Assembly: GCF_001194135.2 (NCBI RefSeq)
Contig: NC_069005.1
Span: forward strand, 2,109,461-2,146,534
Direction: 5' to 3'
Origin: Octopus bimaculoides
Lineage: Eukaryota
DNA: 37,074 bases
Both the position numbers and the translations under genes were made by a program. The notes beneath the pieces are model-generated. The model saw only the letters and a list, made by a program, of their open reading frames with translations, was not told the DNA's origin and ran no database searches. Numbering within the stretch: the stretch's first letter is position 1; every line of letters begins with the position of its first letter. Positions 34,770 to 37,074 of the stretch are shown in pieces.

Positions 34770-34912
34770 AAGCGGGAAGAAGTTTGAACCACATGGTGCC
34801 GGGTTCAGTCCCACGGGCGTGGCACAATGGGCAAGTGTTTTCTGCTACAGCCTAGAGCCGACCAAAACATTGAGTGGATTTGATAGACGGAAACTGACAG
34901 AAGCCTTACGTA
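34770..34912 (+). mobile_element. SINE family A head
   Basis: AACCACATGGTGCCGGGTTCAGTCCCAC..GTGGCAC..GGGCAAGTGTTTTCTGCTACAGCC..GATAGACGGAAACTGACAGAAGCC. Confidence 0.9.
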
Positions 34913-35012
34913 TATCTATGTATCTATCTGTGTATCTATCTATTTATTTATTTATGTATGTATGTATATATGCATGTATATGTAAGTGTGTGAATGTATT
35001 GCATATAACCGT

Positions 35013-35080
<68 letters not shown>

Positions 35081-35394
35081 GCATACGTTTATGAAGTGCG
35101 AAAGAGTATCACATGATTAAATATTGTTATATTTCTGAAAGTCAACAACACAATTGGTATTTCGATGTGTCAGATTTACAATTTCAAGGGACACACACAC
35201 ACGATACATAAATGTGTGTGTGTGTGTATTACACACACATATATACAGTGAGGAACGGGTGAATTTTATCTAAATATATACGTATACACACGTGTACACG
35301 TGAGTGTGCGTTTGTGTACGTGTATACGTGTGTATACGTATATATTTGTATAACATTAATCTGTCTCACTGTATATATTTAGAAACATCTGTCT

Positions 35395-35425
35395 ATATAT
35401 CTATATCTATATCTATCTATATCTA

Positions 35426-35509
<84 letters not shown>

Positions 35510-35516
35510 CATATAT
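35395..35516. repeat. Compound (TATATC)/(TATC)/(TC)/(TA) microsatellite
   Basis: Direct reading; ends in an N-gap. Confidence 0.95.
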
Positions 35517-36138
35517 NNNNNNNNNNNNNNNNNNNNNNNNNNNNNNNNNNNNNNNNNNNNNNNNNNNNNNNNNNNNNNNNNNNNNNNNNNNNNNNNNNNN
35601 NNNNNNNNNNNNNNNNNNNNNNNNNNNNNNNNNNNNNNNNNNNNNNNNNNNNNNNNNNNNNNNNNNNNNNNNNNNNNNNNNNNNNNNNNNNNNNNNNNNN
35701 NNNNNNNNNNNNNNNNNNNNNNNNNNNNNNNNNNNNNNNNNNNNNNNNNNNNNNNNNNNNNNNNNNNNNNNNNNNNNNNNNNNNNNNNNNNNNNNNNNNN
35801 NNNNNNNNNNNNNNNNNNNNNNNNNNNNNNNNNNNNNNNNNNNNNNNNNNNNNNNNNNNNNNNNNNNNNNNNNNNNNNNNNNNNNNNNNNNNNNNNNNNN
35901 NNNNNNNNNNNNNNNNNNNNNNNNNNNNNNNNNNNNNNNNNNNNNNNNNNNNNNNNNNNNNNNNNNNNNNNNNNNNNNNNNNNNNNNNNNNNNNNNNNNN
36001 NNNNNNNNNNNNNNNNNNNNNNNNNNNNNNNNNNNNNNNNNNNNNNNNNNNNNNNNNNNNNNNNNNNNNNNNNNNNNNNNNNNNNNNNNNNNNNNNNNNN
36101 NNNNNNNNNNNNNNNNNNNNNNNNNNNNNNNNNNNNNN

Positions 36139-36193
<55 letters not shown>

Positions 36194-36267
36194 TATATAT
36201 ACACATATATATATGTATGTATGTGTGTGTGTGTATATAGAAATATATATATACATATATATATGTT

Positions 36268-36363
<96 letters not shown>

Positions 36364-37040
36364 TGTTTATGCATATATATATACATATGTATGTATGTGT
36401 GTGTATATATATATATATATATACACACACACCTACGCACGCGCGCAGTCCTACAAGCACACACAGCTGCATACACATTTCTACGCGCACATGCATACAT
36501 GTATCTATACACACACACAATCGTGTATAACAATCTGTAAAGCGCTCCCCTATATACACTCCGCAGCTGTAATTGCCCTCTTATACACGCTGACCCTGAC
36601 TTCCAGAACAATAATCATGGCGAACACCTCTTTGACTCTTGTTCTTTGGGGATCAATACTCTCTGTATTAAAGCTACGACCCCTACAAGTAGGGCTCAAC
36701 TCATCTATCATTTATTGAGAAATGTTCCTGGTCTTCTGTCACTGGAACAAACCAGCAATGTATTCTGTTTCATCTCTTTATACATACATACATACATACA
36801 TACATACATGTATGTGTTAATATAGACACACACACACATATATATGCACTTATATGAGTATACATGTAGATATATATATGCGCCTGTACACACATACACA
36901 CACACAAACGTACACACACATATATATGTAAAATTGTGATGATATTTATTCGATAATTGATGAGGGAGTCGTCGGGCAGGTCCGTCTCCATTGTATTTTC
37001 CGTGCTTTCCCGAATATTCTTCCTCATCGCACTCCCCATA

Positions 37041-37074
<34 letters not shown>

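Noticed and set aside
36930-37030. Short coding-looking stretch on the minus strand (MGSAMRKNIRESTENTMETDLPDDSL..)
   Set aside because: Flanked by microsatellites, with no splice signals and no homology recognised.

Overview
AT-rich animal intronic/intergenic DNA from a gapped draft assembly, with many N-gaps that are mostly bounded by (TA)n. It is saturated with microsatellites and tRNA-derived SINEs. The SINE families and repeat density match my recollection of Octopus genomes (inference, not a database result). No intact host protein-coding gene is supported, and almost all ORFs in the track are microsatellite or N-gap artefacts. Recognisable content: three tRNA-SINE families in many copies, a 260-bp MITE with 75-bp TIRs, a solo mariner-type end, a decayed RTE LINE (APE endonuclease), and a possible decayed Tc1/mariner transposase. 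The most notable component is Penelope-like retroelement (PLE) material. One 5'-truncated PLE has a frameshifted GIY-YIG endonuclease followed by two ~250-bp pseudo-LTRs. Each pseudo-LTR carries a minimal type I hammerhead ribozyme disrupted at a different core base, and the whole insert is bracketed by a ~183-bp direct repeat. Two further hammerhead-type motifs occur elsewhere: an intact-core one at 590-637 (-) and a G3:C8-swapped variant at 33480-33524 (-). Several long hairpins in unique sequence (pre-miRNA-like or MITE-like) and one candidate 192-nt exon also merit checking.
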